Assembly (NCBI GenBank): GCA_032718475.1
Contig: JAUCBJ010001241.1
Coordinates: forward strand, 6,485 to 70,484
DNA: 64,000 nucleotides
Direction: 5' to 3'
Origin: Nemertoderma westbladi
Lineage: Eukaryota > Animalia > Xenacoelomorpha
The notes below the pieces were generated by a model. That model was not told where the DNA came from. It did not search any database and saw nothing but the letters and a program-made list of their open reading frames with translations. The position numbers and the translations under genes were made by a program. This document shows positions 22,921 to 36,609 of the stretch, in pieces (the first letter of the stretch is position 1; each line of letters opens with the position of its first letter).

Positions 22921-24554
22921 AATCAGTTTTCATATGGTCATAAAAGCCAATGCAGCTAGTAGTAGGTAGTTAACAAACTGTAGATATGCCAAATGTAGAG
23001 ATCAGGTATATAAAGCTGAACTTATATTGAGTTTATATATAATGATCCGGATCCGGAAGGCGGATGTCTGCAGTGCACCATGTCCATGACCTATCAGTCC
23101 ATGGGGATATTGGGCGAGCCGTATACAATGATGAGTCCATAATGGTGCAAGAGATTGTGGCACGCAGACTTTGGATACATTACATTGGATATATTATATA
23201 TAATATTAAAAAATTATCATTTTATTATATCACTTCCAAGTAGGCCTAGAAAAATAACGGAATTTTGGGATACTAACTAAAGGGATGTGATAATTGCCTT
23301 TCGGATAAAATTGGTGGAATAATTATGTATTTATGAAGTTCTTATGGAAGGGAGTTCTAAGTCAGAGTGCTGACAGATACTTCCAGTATTAATGTCATAC
23401 ATAAATCGGGTGTGTCATTTTATAGGACTATATAATCCGCACTTTTTGTTTATGGATGTGAAACGTAAATATATTTATAAACTCTCGGCGCATCTATTCT
23501 AAAGGAGTCAAGAGCTCCAGGCGACGGGCTTTTTTAATTACCGCGGTATATGATGCGTGTCGAGGGAATTCGCAGCGTAGTATCCACGTAGATACTCGTT
23601 CGAATGCACCTGTGATGTCGAAAATCAGTTGAGACCAGAGATTCCATTTACTATTGTTATATTCTAGATGAATTATGATGAACGAGGCGCCCGTATATAG
23701 TAGAAACAAACGGTCGCACGGTACTGCAATGTGCTCGCTCTTAGATCAATCACTCCATATCGGTGGGGCACAGGTTGCATCTCTTGGAATCAACCAACAG
23801 GCAACCCCCTTCCACCAGCCTCCCCCTCCCCTTACCCCATTGGCTTCGGCGCACGCTTTTGTTGCTCTATCTTGTGATAATAAACTCGTAGAAAGTTTCA
23901 GCTATGTGTATTCTATTCGATTCCTTTATATACCCCCGTTTTGTTCCGTCTGAAATGATTACCTCATTGTGTGTTGCGGTTTTGTAGGGTAATTTTCCTT
24001 CACTGCTGTTGATAGATATAAGAGCAGATTAGTGGGAAATTTTTTTGTGAAATTAAGGTAATTGTCAATTTAAAATTGGCACACAAGGAGATAAAGTTCA
24101 TAATTTAGAGGTTGAACAATTTATTATTAATCCTTATCAATTGTACACCGTGCAAAAAAAATATTCTTATCAAAAATTGACGTCCCTATCATTATAACAC
24201 ATTGAAACAACATTGTACGGCAGTACGGCATTGACGTCGTCCAGATTTGTTGTTGATTAATTCGAATTTCCCGCCCTTATTTTGTACTAAACGGAAGTAT
24301 TTTGCTAATTTTACTATCGCAATAATTTTTATTGTCCATTTTTATCATTTTTTTGTCAATTTTTTTTGATTTTTTATGTCATCCAAAGGTCTAATGTTAG
24401 GTTCCATGCTACCGGTTTCTCTACTGCTGTTCTCTCAGGCTATCAGTACCGGTTAGTATATATATAGCACTATTTTGCTGTATTGTATGTACAGATGTAG
24501 GTATAAAGCAAGGCCTACTAGAGAAACAGGCCTGGAATCCGAGATCAAGCCAAT

Positions 24555-24836
24555 TCTATTGAAGGCCTAATAATCCAATGTGTGTGTGTGTGTCCGGAGC
24601 TCTACAGCCCGCATTTCTAAACCAATCTGATCGAGTAAGGTATCAAACGAAGCGGAATTGTCATACGATGCTCACCGCCCAAAAACATTTTGGTATTCTA
24701 GAACATTATTATGCTATTAATAGCTATTATTGTAAATTGCAATTTTTCATGTGTAAACCATAGGCTATTATATACTACTACTTCTACTTGGGACTACGTT
24801 AGGAGGACAAGCTGTCCGCCGCTAGCGCTATTCTAG
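24555..24836 (+). mobile_element. Possible non-autonomous Helitron-like element
   Basis: TCTATT... start followed by (TG)n; 3' mini-hairpin GGACAAGCTGTCC followed by CTAG. Confidence 0.35.
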
Positions 24837-25175
24837 AACATAGATAAATAAAGGTAATAGGATTTATTAATAATAGTAGGCCTTGGTATAAAGCAGGTAT
24901 TTCTGTATTTTAGTACCGGTACCGGCACTGGTACTGCTATAGGCCTACTGTGTAGCCTACCATTTAAATACGGTAATGGTAGGCCTACCGGTTGTGCTAA
25001 TAAATTTTAAATAATTGATAGGCGAAACTGGATTGCAGGATTGTGGAAAATGTGGATATACCTTTCACATAATTTAGGCCTTACTGTATTAGTTTTATAA
25101 TCAATAATGGATCATGACTACTGTCTGAGTAGTGTTACGGATAGCGGCTCCACTACTTCCAACAGCACAGAAGGC

Positions 25176-25760
25176 CCGCCTCTGTAACCTGCCCCTTTCC
25201 CTCAATTAGTTAAATGATCGTTTATTGTTTTGGTTAGAAAATCCCGTCTCTGTAACCTGCTCCTTTCCCTCAATTAGTTAAATGATCGTTTATTGTTTTG
25301 GTTAGAAAATCCCGTCTCTGTAACCTGCTCCTTTCCCTCAATTAGTTAAATGATCGTTTATTGTTTTGGTTAGATAATCCCGCCTCTGTAACCTGCTCCT
25401 TTCCCTCAATTGGTAATGTTATCGTTTATTGTTTTGGTTAGAAAATCCCGCCTCTGTAACCTGCTCCTTTCTCTCAATTGGTAATGTTATCGTTTATTGT
25501 TTTGGTTAGAAAATCCCGTCTCTGTAACCTGCTCCTTTCCCTCAATTAGTTAAATGATCGTTTATTGTTTTGGTTAGAAAATCCCGTCTCTGTAACCTGC
25601 TCCTTTCCCTCAATTAGTTAAATGATCGTTTATTGTTTTGGTTAGAAAATCTCGTCTCTGTAACCTGCTCCTTTTCCTGATTTGGTAAAGTGACTGTTTA
25701 TTGTTTTGGTTAGAAAACTCGGCCTTAACCTGCTCCTTTCCATCAATTGGTAATTGTTTT
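25176..25760. repeat. 68-bp tandem repeat (~8.5 copies)
   Basis: Unit CCCGTCTCTGTAACCTGCTCCTTTCCCTCAATTAGTTAAATGATCGTTTATTGTTTTGGTTAGAAAAT with starts at 25243, 25311, 25379 and 25447. Confidence 0.95.
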
Positions 25761-26306
25761 TGGCTATAAAATGAGTGTTTTGCTACGTCATGTGGTAATC
25801 GATTATCGACAACAACCACAAACTATTTAATATAGAGTCTTTTTACCACAGGCGCATATGGAAATCTACCTCATAGTCTATAAATCATGGAATCATGGAA
25901 TGTTTTGGCACAGGCATAGTGAAATCAACTGTCTGACAGTCCAGAAATTAGCAGTCTGACAGTTTGAAGAAATACATACATAAAAATTGACAATAAAAGT
26001 CATTAAATGGACAACAAAAGTCATTATGCATAATTCGTAAAAAAAAGTGACAAAAAAAGTCAAATAAATTGACATAAAAAATCACTGCCTTTTACTATAC
26101 AAATTGCCACTTCATCTTGCTTTAGTTATTTGGCTTGCGTATTTGATTTTCAATTTGAACAAATTTTGTACAACATCACCCAAGTTTTTTAGTCACGATA
26201 ATTTCGATATATAAAATTTTAATATATTTTATTTCATAAAATTGCCCTTTTAACCTATTTACTACCGACGTGGTTTTTTTACCTTCAAATACAATGTCTT
26301 GTAGAA

Positions 26307-26375
26307 GGCGGGGCAGCTCAGTTGGTTGTGCGCCGGGCCTGCAATCTATTGCTTGTAGGTTCGACCCCCACCAGG
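26307..26375 (+). mobile_element. tRNA-derived SINE head or tRNA pseudogene
   Basis: A-box-like CAGCTCAGTTGG and B-box-like GGTTCGACCC at tRNA spacing; acceptor and anticodon stems do not pair. Confidence 0.55.
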
Positions 26376-27459
26376 AACCTTTTATCTCTTGGTGTCGTTC
26401 AAATAAGTTCAATTACTGGGAGCAAAACAAGGAATTAATTAATAGGAGTAGCGTCCTTTTCTACCCTCGGGTAGCAGCTTTCGAAAGAAGAGCCTTCGTG
26501 TCGCATCCGGCTTCAGCCGACTGTTTGCTTGTTTTTTTTTGCCTTAATTAGCTTAAACTGGCGACATTTCCTCTAGGCCTACAGTATTAATGAATAGTAA
26601 CTTACGTTACTAGTCATTAATTATTTGTATTCATTAATTAGTTTATTCCCATAATTGGGCACAATTATAAGAAAGGATTTATTTATTAAAAATTATATGT
26701 TAATATTATTAATTTCAATACTTGGTAGAGATTGTTTGTGACTGTAGGGTACAGATGGGCAGTGAAATGAGAGAATTTTGCATTTCTCCAGACAACTGTC
26801 TGGCCTATTATCACTACTGTGTAGATTATAGGCCTACGATGCCTTTCTATTTAACTATCGCCGAGGATACTTCCGTTTGGTTTGTACCGAACCACGTGGG
26901 GAGTTAGTTCCCGCCACATGTTGTTTCTACTGTGAACTGGGTTATCCGTACACGAATTGCTGACGAATTTCTTACATATTTGTTAATATTTCAATTTTAT
27001 TAATCAACGACTCTGTAAATTTAACAAAATAACAATCAAATTTTGTTACACAATATCCGTAAACAACACATTCAAAGAACATTTGTTTTTGTTATGGGAT
27101 AAAAATTATCATATTTATATTTAAATTTATGAATATCAAATTGTTAGTTATAAATAATTATATTTTGATTTAACAATTATCATAGTTTGTAACTCATAGC
27201 TGTTACTGATATAAGAAGGGCATAAACTGATTTCTGCTGACAATAATCTAATGTGGAGGCCTGTAGGTAACACGTTGTCGAGTAGTAAATAAACTTTTGA
27301 TTATATATAAATCGTAAAACCATTTGAATATATTGGGTTTATTGGGTTCAATATTGTATCGCGATGTATTTACAATATGGTAAGTTTTGCTTACGTAAGC
27401 TAAGCCCGTACTGTATGACTAATTCTAGAATAGAAGCTCGTTATTCTATGTGGTATATT

Positions 27460-30400
27460 ATACACTTATACCATGTTCTAGAATATAGTGTCGTTATTCT
27501 GGACATGGTTACCTCAAATGTTTCTAAATCTAATTGAGATTGCATGAAATTTGATAAAAGATAGTCACACATAACTCGTCCACCGTGGGTGAGCCAGAAT
27601 TTATATTTTTGCTCTCATTTTTTGCTACGAGCGTTTAAAAAAGTGGTGTCTCCGTCACTCCGTCGATATTGCACCAGTTGTACAGCAGTTATTCCGTATA
27701 GCGTGTAGTGGTGTCTCCGACGATATTGCACCAGTTGTACAGCAGTTATTCCGTATAGCGTGTAGTGGTGTCTCCGTCGATATTGCACCAGTTGTACAGC
27801 AGTTATTCCGTATAGCGCGGTGTCTCCGTCGATATTGCACCAGTTGTACAGCAGTTATTCCGTATAGCGTGTAGTGGTGTCTCCGTCGATATTGCACCAG
27901 TTGTACAGCAGTTATTCCGTATAGCGTGTAGTGGTGTCTCCGTCGATATTGCACCAGTTGTACAGGAGTTATTCCGTATAGCGTGTAGTGGTGTCTCCGT
28001 CGATATTGCACCAGTTGTACAGCAGTTATTCCGTATAGCGTGTAGTGGTGTCTCCGTCGATATTGCACCAGTTGTACAGCAGTTATTCCGTATAGCGTGT
28101 AGTGGTGTCTCCGTCGATATTGCACCAGTTGTACAGCAGTTATTCCGTATAGCGTGTAGTGGTGTCTCCGACGATATTGCACCAGTTGTACAGCAGTTAT
28201 TCCGTATAGCGTGTAGTGGTATCTCCGTCGATATTGCACCAGTTGTACAGCAGTTATTCCGTATAGCGTGTAGTGGTGTCTCCGTCGATATTGCCCCAGT
28301 TGTACAGCAGTTATTCCGTATAGCGTGTAGTGGTGTCTCCGTCGATATTGCACCAGTTGTACAGCAGTTATTCCGTATAGCGTGTAGTGGTGTCTCCGTC
28401 GATATTGCACCAGTTGTACAGGAGTTATTCCGTATAGCGTGTAGTGGTGTCTCCGTCGATATTGCACCAGTTGTACAGCAGTTATTCCGTATAGCGTGTA
28501 GTGGTGTCTCCGTCGATATTGCACCAGTTGTACAGCAGTTATTCCGTATAGCGTGTAGTGGTGTCTCCGTCGATATTGCCCCAGTTGTACAGCAGTTATT
28601 CCGTATAGCGTGTAGTGGTGTCTCCGTCGATATTGCACCAGTTGTACAGCAGTTATTCCGTATAGCGTGTAGTGGTGTCTCCGTCGATATTGCACCAGTT
28701 GTACAGGAGTTATTCCGTATAGCGTGTAGTGGTGTCTCCGTCGATATTGCACCAGTTGTACAGCAGTTATTCCGTATAGCGTGTAGTGGTGTCTCCGTCG
28801 ATATTGCACCAGTTGTACAGCAGTTATTCCGTATAGCGTGTAGTGGTGTCTCCGTCGATATTGCACCTGTTGTACAGCAGTTTTATTCCGTATAGCGTGT
28901 AGTGGTGTCTCCGACGATATTGCACCAGTTGTACAGCAGTTATTCCGTATAGCGTGTAGTGGTGTCTCCGACGATATTGCACCAGTTGTACAGCAGTTAT
29001 TCCGTATAGCGTGTAGTGGTGTCTCCGTCGATATTGCACCAGTTGTACAGCAGTTATTCCGTATAGCGTGTAGTGGTGTCTCCGTCGATATTGCCCCAGT
29101 TGTACAGCAGTTATTCCGTATAGCGTGTAGTGGTGTCTCCGTCGATATTGCACCAGTTGTACAGCAGTTATTCCGTATAGCGTGTAGTGGTGTCTCCGTC
29201 GATATTGCACCAGTTGTACAGCAGTTATTCCGTATAGCGTGGTGTCTCCGTCGATATTGCACCAGTTGTACAGCAGTTATTCCGTATAGCGTGGTGTCTC
29301 CGTCGATATTGCACCAGTTGTACAGCAGTTATTCCGTATAGCGTGTAGTGGTGTCTCCGTCGATATTGCCCCAGTTGTACAGCAGTTATTCCGTATAGCG
29401 TGTAGTGGTGTCTCCGTCGATATTGCACCAGTTGTACAGCAGTTATTCCGTATAGCGTGTAGTGGTGTCTCCGTCGATATTGCACCAGTTGTACAGCAGT
29501 TATTCCGTATAGCGCGGTGTCTCCGTCGATATTGCACCAGTTGTACAGCAGTTATTCCGTATAGCGTGTAGTGGTGTCTCCGTCGATATTGCACCAGTTG
29601 TACAGTAGTTATTCCGTATAGCGTGTAGTGGTGTCTCCGTCGATATTGCACCAGTTGTACAGCAGTTATTCCGTATAGCGTGTAGTGGTGTCTCCGTCGA
29701 TATTGCACCAGTTGTACAGCAGTTATTCCGTATAGCGTGTAGTGGTGTCTCCGTCGATATTGCACCAGTTGTACAGCAGTTATTCCGTATAGCATGTAGT
29801 GGTGTCTCCGTCGATATTGCACCAGTTGTACAGCAGTTATTCCGTATAGCGTGTAGTGGTGTCTCCGTCGATATTGCACCAGTTGTACAGCAGTTATTCC
29901 GTATAGCGTGTAGTGGTGTCTCCGTCGATATTGCACCAGTTGTACAGCAGTTATTCCGTATAGCGTGTAGTGGTGTCTCCGTCGATATTGCACCAGTTGT
30001 ACAGCAGTTATTCCGTATAGCATGTAGTGGTGTCTCCGTCGATATTGCACCAGTTGTACAGCAGTTATTCCGTATAGCGTGTAGTGGTGTCTCCGTCGAT
30101 ATTGCACCAGTTGTACAGCAGTTATTCCGTATAGCATGTAGTGGTGTCTCCGTCGATATTGCACCAGTTGTACAGCAGTTATTCCGTATAGCGTGTAGTG
30201 GTGTCTCCGTCGATATTGCACCAGTTGTACAGCAGTTATTCCGTATAGCGTGTAGTGGTGTCTCCGTCGATATTGCACCAGTTGTACAGCAGTTATTCCG
30301 TATAGCGTGTAGTGGTGTCTCCGTCGATATTGCACCAGTTGTACAGCAGTTATTCCGTATAGCGTGTAGTGGTGTCTCCGTCGATATTGCACCAGTTGTA

Positions 30401-32680
30401 CAGCAGTTATTCCGTATAGCGTGTAGTGGTGTCTCCGTCGATATTGCACCAGTTGTACAGCAGTTATTCCGTATAGCGTGTAGTGGTGTCTCCGTCGATA
30501 TTGCACCAGTTGTACAGCAGTTATTCCGTATAGCGCGGCGTCTCCGTCGATATTGCACCAGTTGTACAGCAGTTATTCCGTATAGCGTGTAGTGGTGTCT
30601 CCGTCGATATTGCACCAGTTGTACAGCAGTTATTCCGTATAGCGTGTAGTGGTGTCTCCGTCGATATTGCACCAGTTGTACAGCAGTTATTCCGTATAGC
30701 GTGTAGTGGTGTCTCCGTCGATATTGCACCAGTTGTACAGCAGTTATTCCGTATAGCGTGTAGTGGTGTCTCCGTCGATATTGCACCAGTTGTACAGCAG
30801 TTATTCCGTATAGCGTGTAGTGGTGTCTCCGTCGATATTGCACCAGTTGTACAGCAGTTATTCCGTATAGCGTGTAGTGGTGTCTCCGTCGATATTGCAC
30901 CAGTTGTACAGCAGTTATTCCGTATAGCGTGTAGTGGTGTCTCCGTCGATATTGCACCAGTTGTACAGCAGTTATTCCATATAGCGTGTAGTGGTGTCTC
31001 CGTCGATATTGCCCCAGTTGTACAGCAGTTATTCCGTATAGCGTGTAGTGGTGTCTCCGTCGATATTGCACCAGTTGTACAGCAGTTATTCCATATAGCG
31101 TGTAGTGGTGTCTCCGTCGATATTGCACCAGTTGTACAGCAGTTATTCCGTATAGCGTGTAGTGGTGTCTCCGTCGATATTGCACCAGTTGTACAGCAGT
31201 TATTCCGTATAGCGTGTAGTGGTGTCTCCGTCGATATTGCACCAGTTGTACAGCAGTTATTCCGTATAGCGTGCAGTGGTGTCTCCGTCGATATTGCACC
31301 AGTTGTACAGCAGTTATTCCGTATAGCGTGTAGTGGTGTCTCCGTCGATATTGCACCAGTTGTACAGCAGCTATTCCGTATAGCGTGTAGTGGTGTCTCC
31401 GTCGATATTGCACCAGTTGTACAGCAGTTATTCCGTATAGCGTGTAGTGGTGTCTCCGTCGATATTGCACCAGTTGTACAGCAGTTATTCCGTATAGCGT
31501 GTAGTGGTGTCTCCGTCGATATTGCACCAGTTGTACAGCAGTTATTCCGTATAGCGTGTAGTGGTGTCTCCGTCGATATTGCACCAGTTGTACAGCAGTT
31601 ATTCCGTATAGCGTGTAGTGGTGTCTCCGTCGATATTGCACCAGTTGTACAGTAGTTATTCCGTATAGCGTGTAGTGGTGTCTCCGACGATATTGCACCA
31701 GTTGTACAGCAGTTATTCCGTATAGCGTGTAGTGGTGTCTCCGTCGATATTGCACCAGTTGTACAGCAGTTATTCCGTATAGCGCGGTGTCTCCGTCGAT
31801 GTTGCACCAGTTGTACAGCAGTTATTCCGTATAGCGTGTAGTGGTGTCTCCGTCGATATTGCACCAGTTGTACAGCAGTTATTCCGTATAGCGTGTAGTG
31901 GTGTCTCCGTCGATATTGCACCAGTTGTACAGCAGTTATTCCGTATAGCGCGGGTGTCTCCGTCGATATTGCACCAGTTGTACAGCAGTTATTCCGTATA
32001 GCGTGTAGTGGTGTCTCCGTCGATATTGCACCAGTTGTACAGCAGTTATTCCGTATAGCGTGTAGTGGTGTCTCCGTCGATATTGCACCAGTTGTACAGC
32101 AGTTATTCCGTATAGCGTGTAGTGGTGTCTCCGTCGATATTGCACCAGTTGTACAGCAGTTATTCCGTATAGCGTGTAGTGGTGTCTCCGTCGATATTGC
32201 ACCAGTTGTACAGTAGTTATTCCGTATAGCGTGTAGTGGTGTCTCCGACGATATTGCACCAGTTGTACAGCAGTTATTCCGTATAGCGTGTAGTGGTGTC
32301 TCCGTCGATATTGCACCAGTTGTACAGCAGTTATTCCGTATAGCGCGGTGTCTCCGTCGATGTTGCACCAGTTGTACAGCAGTTATTCCGTATAGCGTGT
32401 AGTGGTGTCTCCGTCGATATTGCACCAGTTGTACAGCAGTTATTCCGTATAGCGTGTAGTGGTGTCTCCGTCGATATTGCACCAGTTGTACAGCAGTTAT
32501 TCCGTATAGCGCGGTGTCTCCGTCGATATTGCACCAGTTGTACAGCAGTTATTCCGTATAGCGTGTAGTGGTGTCTCCGTCGATATTGCACCAGTTGTAC
32601 AGAAGTTATTCCGTATAGCGTGTAGGGGGGGGGGGGGGGGGGGGGGTGTGAGGGTCCAGGTACCTGAATAACGACACTAT
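27460..32680. mobile_element. Diverged copy of the 8411-9446 MITE family whose interior is replaced by a satellite
   Basis: 27467-27650 aligns with the left arm at 8413-8610 (CCATGT.C.AGAATATAGTGTCGT.ATTC, GAGATTGCATGAAATTTGA, GGGTGAGCCAGAATTT). 32625-32680 (poly-G, then CTGAATAACGACACTAT) matches the right terminus at 9388-9425. Confidence 0.85.
27645..32625. repeat. 57-bp satellite array (~87 units, very homogeneous)
   Basis: Unit CTCCGTCGATATTGCACCAGTTGTACAGCAGTTATTCCGTATAGCGTGTAGTGGTGT, with occasional 52-bp units lacking 5 bp. Confidence 0.98.
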
Positions 32681-34279
32681 CTTCAACATCTTCGACATCT
32701 TTATTCATCTATAGATAACCGCGCAACTAAAGTAATTAAAGTAATTAGATGGCAAAACACAAATATTCGAAAACTTAAAAATTCAGAAATATAATCGAAT
32801 AATAAAACCATATAATTTCTAATTCGTGGAAAATTGAGGATCTATAGGCCTTGCTTACCGGTGCAACATACAACACTGAATAACGTCCGGATACAGTGTT
32901 ATTCCCATCGCTAATGGTTTTGAGGGAGTGGGTGGCGTCATCCGTAATTACTATATGCCGGATATGCAATGTGTACTGTGTAGCCCGTATCGTCATCTAT
33001 GTTAGGGTCAATCAATAAGTTATCCAGATTGCAACAATTTAAATAGCCAATCATGTCCACCCTGATGACATGATATGTCAATAATACAGTATGCATAGTG
33101 CTGGTTCGAATGATAATTATCCATGTATGGGATCAATTTTTACCAATATCAAATCAACAAATTCCTGAATAGGTATTTTTATGGTGCATCTGCATCCATA
33201 TTAACTAAATACGTCATTGTTCATAAAATAACACTTTATAGCGTTACGGCACGAGAGATTTTGTTAATAATAGAACGTGGGCCGAAAAGCTTTAAGTGCT
33301 AATTATGAACAATGACGAATCAAATTTTATTTATTTGAGGGGAATTATTTGTGGTTATGGAGTTAAACTTTCTAGAACAACCTTGTAATAGGAAAGCATG
33401 ACGTCATGTTAAACACTTTTATCTACAGTAGTACGTAATTGGCGTAGTATAGTGAATAACGCGTCGGGTTATGAATGAAAAGGCCGCTGGTTCGGTTCTA
33501 ACCTGTTTCAATTTTATTAGTTTTAGAATTATGAAATAGTTATAGTGTGTATTCGAATGGCGTCATGTGATTATATTTAAAATGACGCGGTGACAAACTG
33601 GATATACATAAAATACATAGTAAATGTTTGGCGTAGGGACATACTGAGAAATAATGTCGCACTGCGAAATAAAGTTAGAAAATATGTCGCCCTGGCGATT
33701 TGGTAGTGCGTAATTAATTCAACACAAGTAAATAAAATACTTATATATGTTATAACTCAATAGTTCAGTAATTCGACGATTGTATTTCTGATGTATCAGT
33801 TTATTTGATGGCAACATATTTTTATTAAAATATAAATAAAATAAAATAATCCATTACTGTTTAATAACATAACTGTATATATAAACTGTTTAATCTACAT
33901 GCCCATGGCCCATTGTGGTACGCAGCAAATTGCACCCAACCTCCTCCTTTCCGCTGCCAAAAATCCACCAATATTTTGGAAGATTTTTGAGATATAATAT
34001 GTTGAAGTTCTAACAAGTTAAAATGCGGGATGTAATATGGAGCATAAATCATGAAAATTTGTGTGCGAAAAATATAGGTAAATTTATATGCAAAACTAAA
34101 TTCTGCTTTCGATTTAAAATAAATAACCCCATTCGGCAATTTGACATTATTTCTATATATCCTCCTGGCTTTATGGTTTATGGTTACAACGTACTTAAAG
34201 GTATTCTACGATTTTGATACTTTGCTCAACATTTCACTTTTTTAAAATCGTTGAACAAGCAAACCCACCGCCTGTTGGT

Positions 34280-35420
34280 AACTGTACTGCAATGTGCATT
34301 GTACTTGACACAGTGAAACCGGCGTAGCATTCTTGAGAATGTGCCATCCAGAGATTTGGTGTCCTCAGCAGTTATAGCCCAGTATGGACAGGACACCCAT
34401 AGAGGAGTACTGGAACTACTGCTGCCTTCTGGATCCATGATCCCAGGTAACAGAAGTCATCCACATGCTCAAGCATACCATCCTTTGAGGAGTTTATGCT
34501 CATCCGGTCAGAGACTTGATGAGGACTTTCAAAGTTAACTATCAAAATTTTGGTCTTTCTAGAGTTAATAAAAAGACCAACACTAGAAGCAGCCTGTTCT
34601 AATGAGCTGAGGAGCCGTTGGGCTCTCTCTAATGATTCTGAGAGTACTTCTAAGTCATCAGCAAAATCTAGATCAGTTAGGTACTTGGCAGGATTTCCTC
34701 GACTTCTGGAGCCAGTAGGTGGAGTTATCATCATTATGATGATCTAAGGACATGCATAGAACATAGTCAACCATAATTATGAACAAGAATGGCGCAAGTG
34801 TGTCTCCCTGGAGGACTACCCATAACACTTCAAATGGTTCTGTGTCACCGTCAACAGTAGACACAAATGTTGTTGAACCATTGTATACTGATCTGATTGC
34901 TGCAATAATTTCATTCTGCGCCTTATAGAGGGCATTTCGGCACTTCTGAATTTTGTTGTCAGTCCAGGGGGCCCTTTTCCTGTTTTGAGGGTATACAGGA
35001 ACTGTTTCTGCAGCTGCTAACTTAACTGCTTCTGTAAAGGCAGTATAGCCCTCACAGTGATCTGCCGCCTCAGAGGCAAGAGCCTCATACCTGTTGCTCA
35101 GCTGTAGTGTGAAGCTGGATTTCACACTTGGCTGTTGCAACAGAGAGGACCAGTCATGCCGCGGCAAGGTAGATTTCGTTGTTCTGCTAGCATGTAGAAT
35201 AAGTCTTACCTTGGCCACAATAAGGTGGTGATCACTGGAGAAGGGTCGAAGCGTAAATGCATTACAGTCTTGTATAGAGCTCCTGTATTTCCTACGAAAC
35301 AGAATATGGTCTATCTGGGACTTGTGACCACTGGTTCCACTATGAGTCCATAGCTTTCCAGTTCGCTTCTTGAACTGGGTTCCAGCCGAAAACAATCCAT
35401 TTCCAGACATTAAATCCTGG
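34280..35420 (-). mobile_element. Internally deleted RTE LINE copy (endonuclease end fused to RT)
   Basis: APE C-terminal motifs KLWTH..GHKSQIDHIL and SDHHLI, then a direct jump to EIIAAIRSVY...VLQGDTLAPFLF and DLDFADDL; near-identical to 39230-39960. Confidence 0.9.
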
Positions 35421-36609
35421 TATGATTTAGGTTTACTGGTATTATTTAGGATGAATAATAATGAGTACCAAGTAAACAAGTAAAAGTATCAGTTGACGGG
35501 AAAGAGTCTCAAACCGCCAAACCATCCCATGGGATAAAGTCTAAACAAATATATATTATATTTAATGATAAAAGTTTAAATTTTGCTTTAGTTATTATAT
35601 ATATTATTTAGTTATAAGTTAAATGGAAATATAAAAAAAATAAATATAGTAATGGAAAATATAGTAATTCTAGTAAGTGGTATTAAATGGTGGTTAAATC
35701 GTATAGGTTGTATTACTCGGGACGATTTGATAGCCTATCCAATAGAAGAGGCATGAAACAGGTAGCAATGATTTTCTCAACAACATCTAATGATTTAGCT
35801 GGTACTATCAGTAGACGACCCACCTGGTAATGGGTGTTATTTTTCAGGGCAGTTAGGGAATATCAAAGTGATAGCGATGGGTGCAACGTAAGTGTACAAT
35901 ATATACGAGATTTATAAGAGTAAAGAGGAAAATATGAAAAAGATGATATAAATAAGTTCTGCAAGATGTTAAAAATTGTATGTTGGATGAGGGATGAGAT
36001 GAATTAATTGTCAAGTGGTTGATCAGGCTTAGAGCATATAGCCATGACGTGATTTTATTTAACACCTTTCGGTTAATATTGATTTGATTGAGAATGGGTA
36101 AAAACGTGAGCTGTAACTGGGGGGTTATGCCTAGTGTCGGAGTGGATACAGCTCCTGAAATTCTTTCATAATGGTTTCGGCCGTGTAATTCGGAGTAAAG
36201 GCTGTAGAAGATTCACACAGTTGTGTCCTTAGAGAAGACACCTTAGACAGTATTTACACAAACGATACAATGGGTACACCTGGTAACCTGAGTTCTGCCG
36301 GAGAGGCAGACTCCTGGGAGTTAGTGTGGCACCTTGCCTGCCTTACATGTTAGCTAACAGACAAGATAGAGCAGCCTTCTTGCTGAATTAATTATGTGAT
36401 TTATATTTCACGTACTTTCCTTTATTTGGAGTGTGGTGCCATTTTTACGAAGAGATGTATCCAGAAAATATTATTTAATTTTAAGAGTGGTAAATTGCCT
36501 GGAGTAGAAAATATCTTGAGTTTCTTGTCCCACACATAAGTTATATATAAGAGAAAGTTATAAAGAAAGCACTGAATCTAATCTTACACAGGAACTAATT
36601 AATACCATG

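Noticed and set aside
23497-23930. Possible Kolobok-like element (TAAAGGAGTC ... GATTCCTTTA)
   Set aside because: The terminal match is only about 10 bp and the TTAA target is imperfect at both ends.
26307-26375. Functional tRNA gene (also the tRNA-like boxes near 17610, 33440-33500, 41405-41460 and 48480-48530)
   Set aside because: A/B boxes are present but the cloverleaf stems fail; these are better explained as SINE heads or relics.
27655-32708. Long minus-strand ORFs (up to 751 aa) of QYRRRHHYTLYGITAVQLV / HAIRNNCCTTGAISTETPL repeats
   Set aside because: They are open only because the unit is 57 bp. Frameshifting 52-bp units swap frames freely, and the unit derives from a non-coding TIR.
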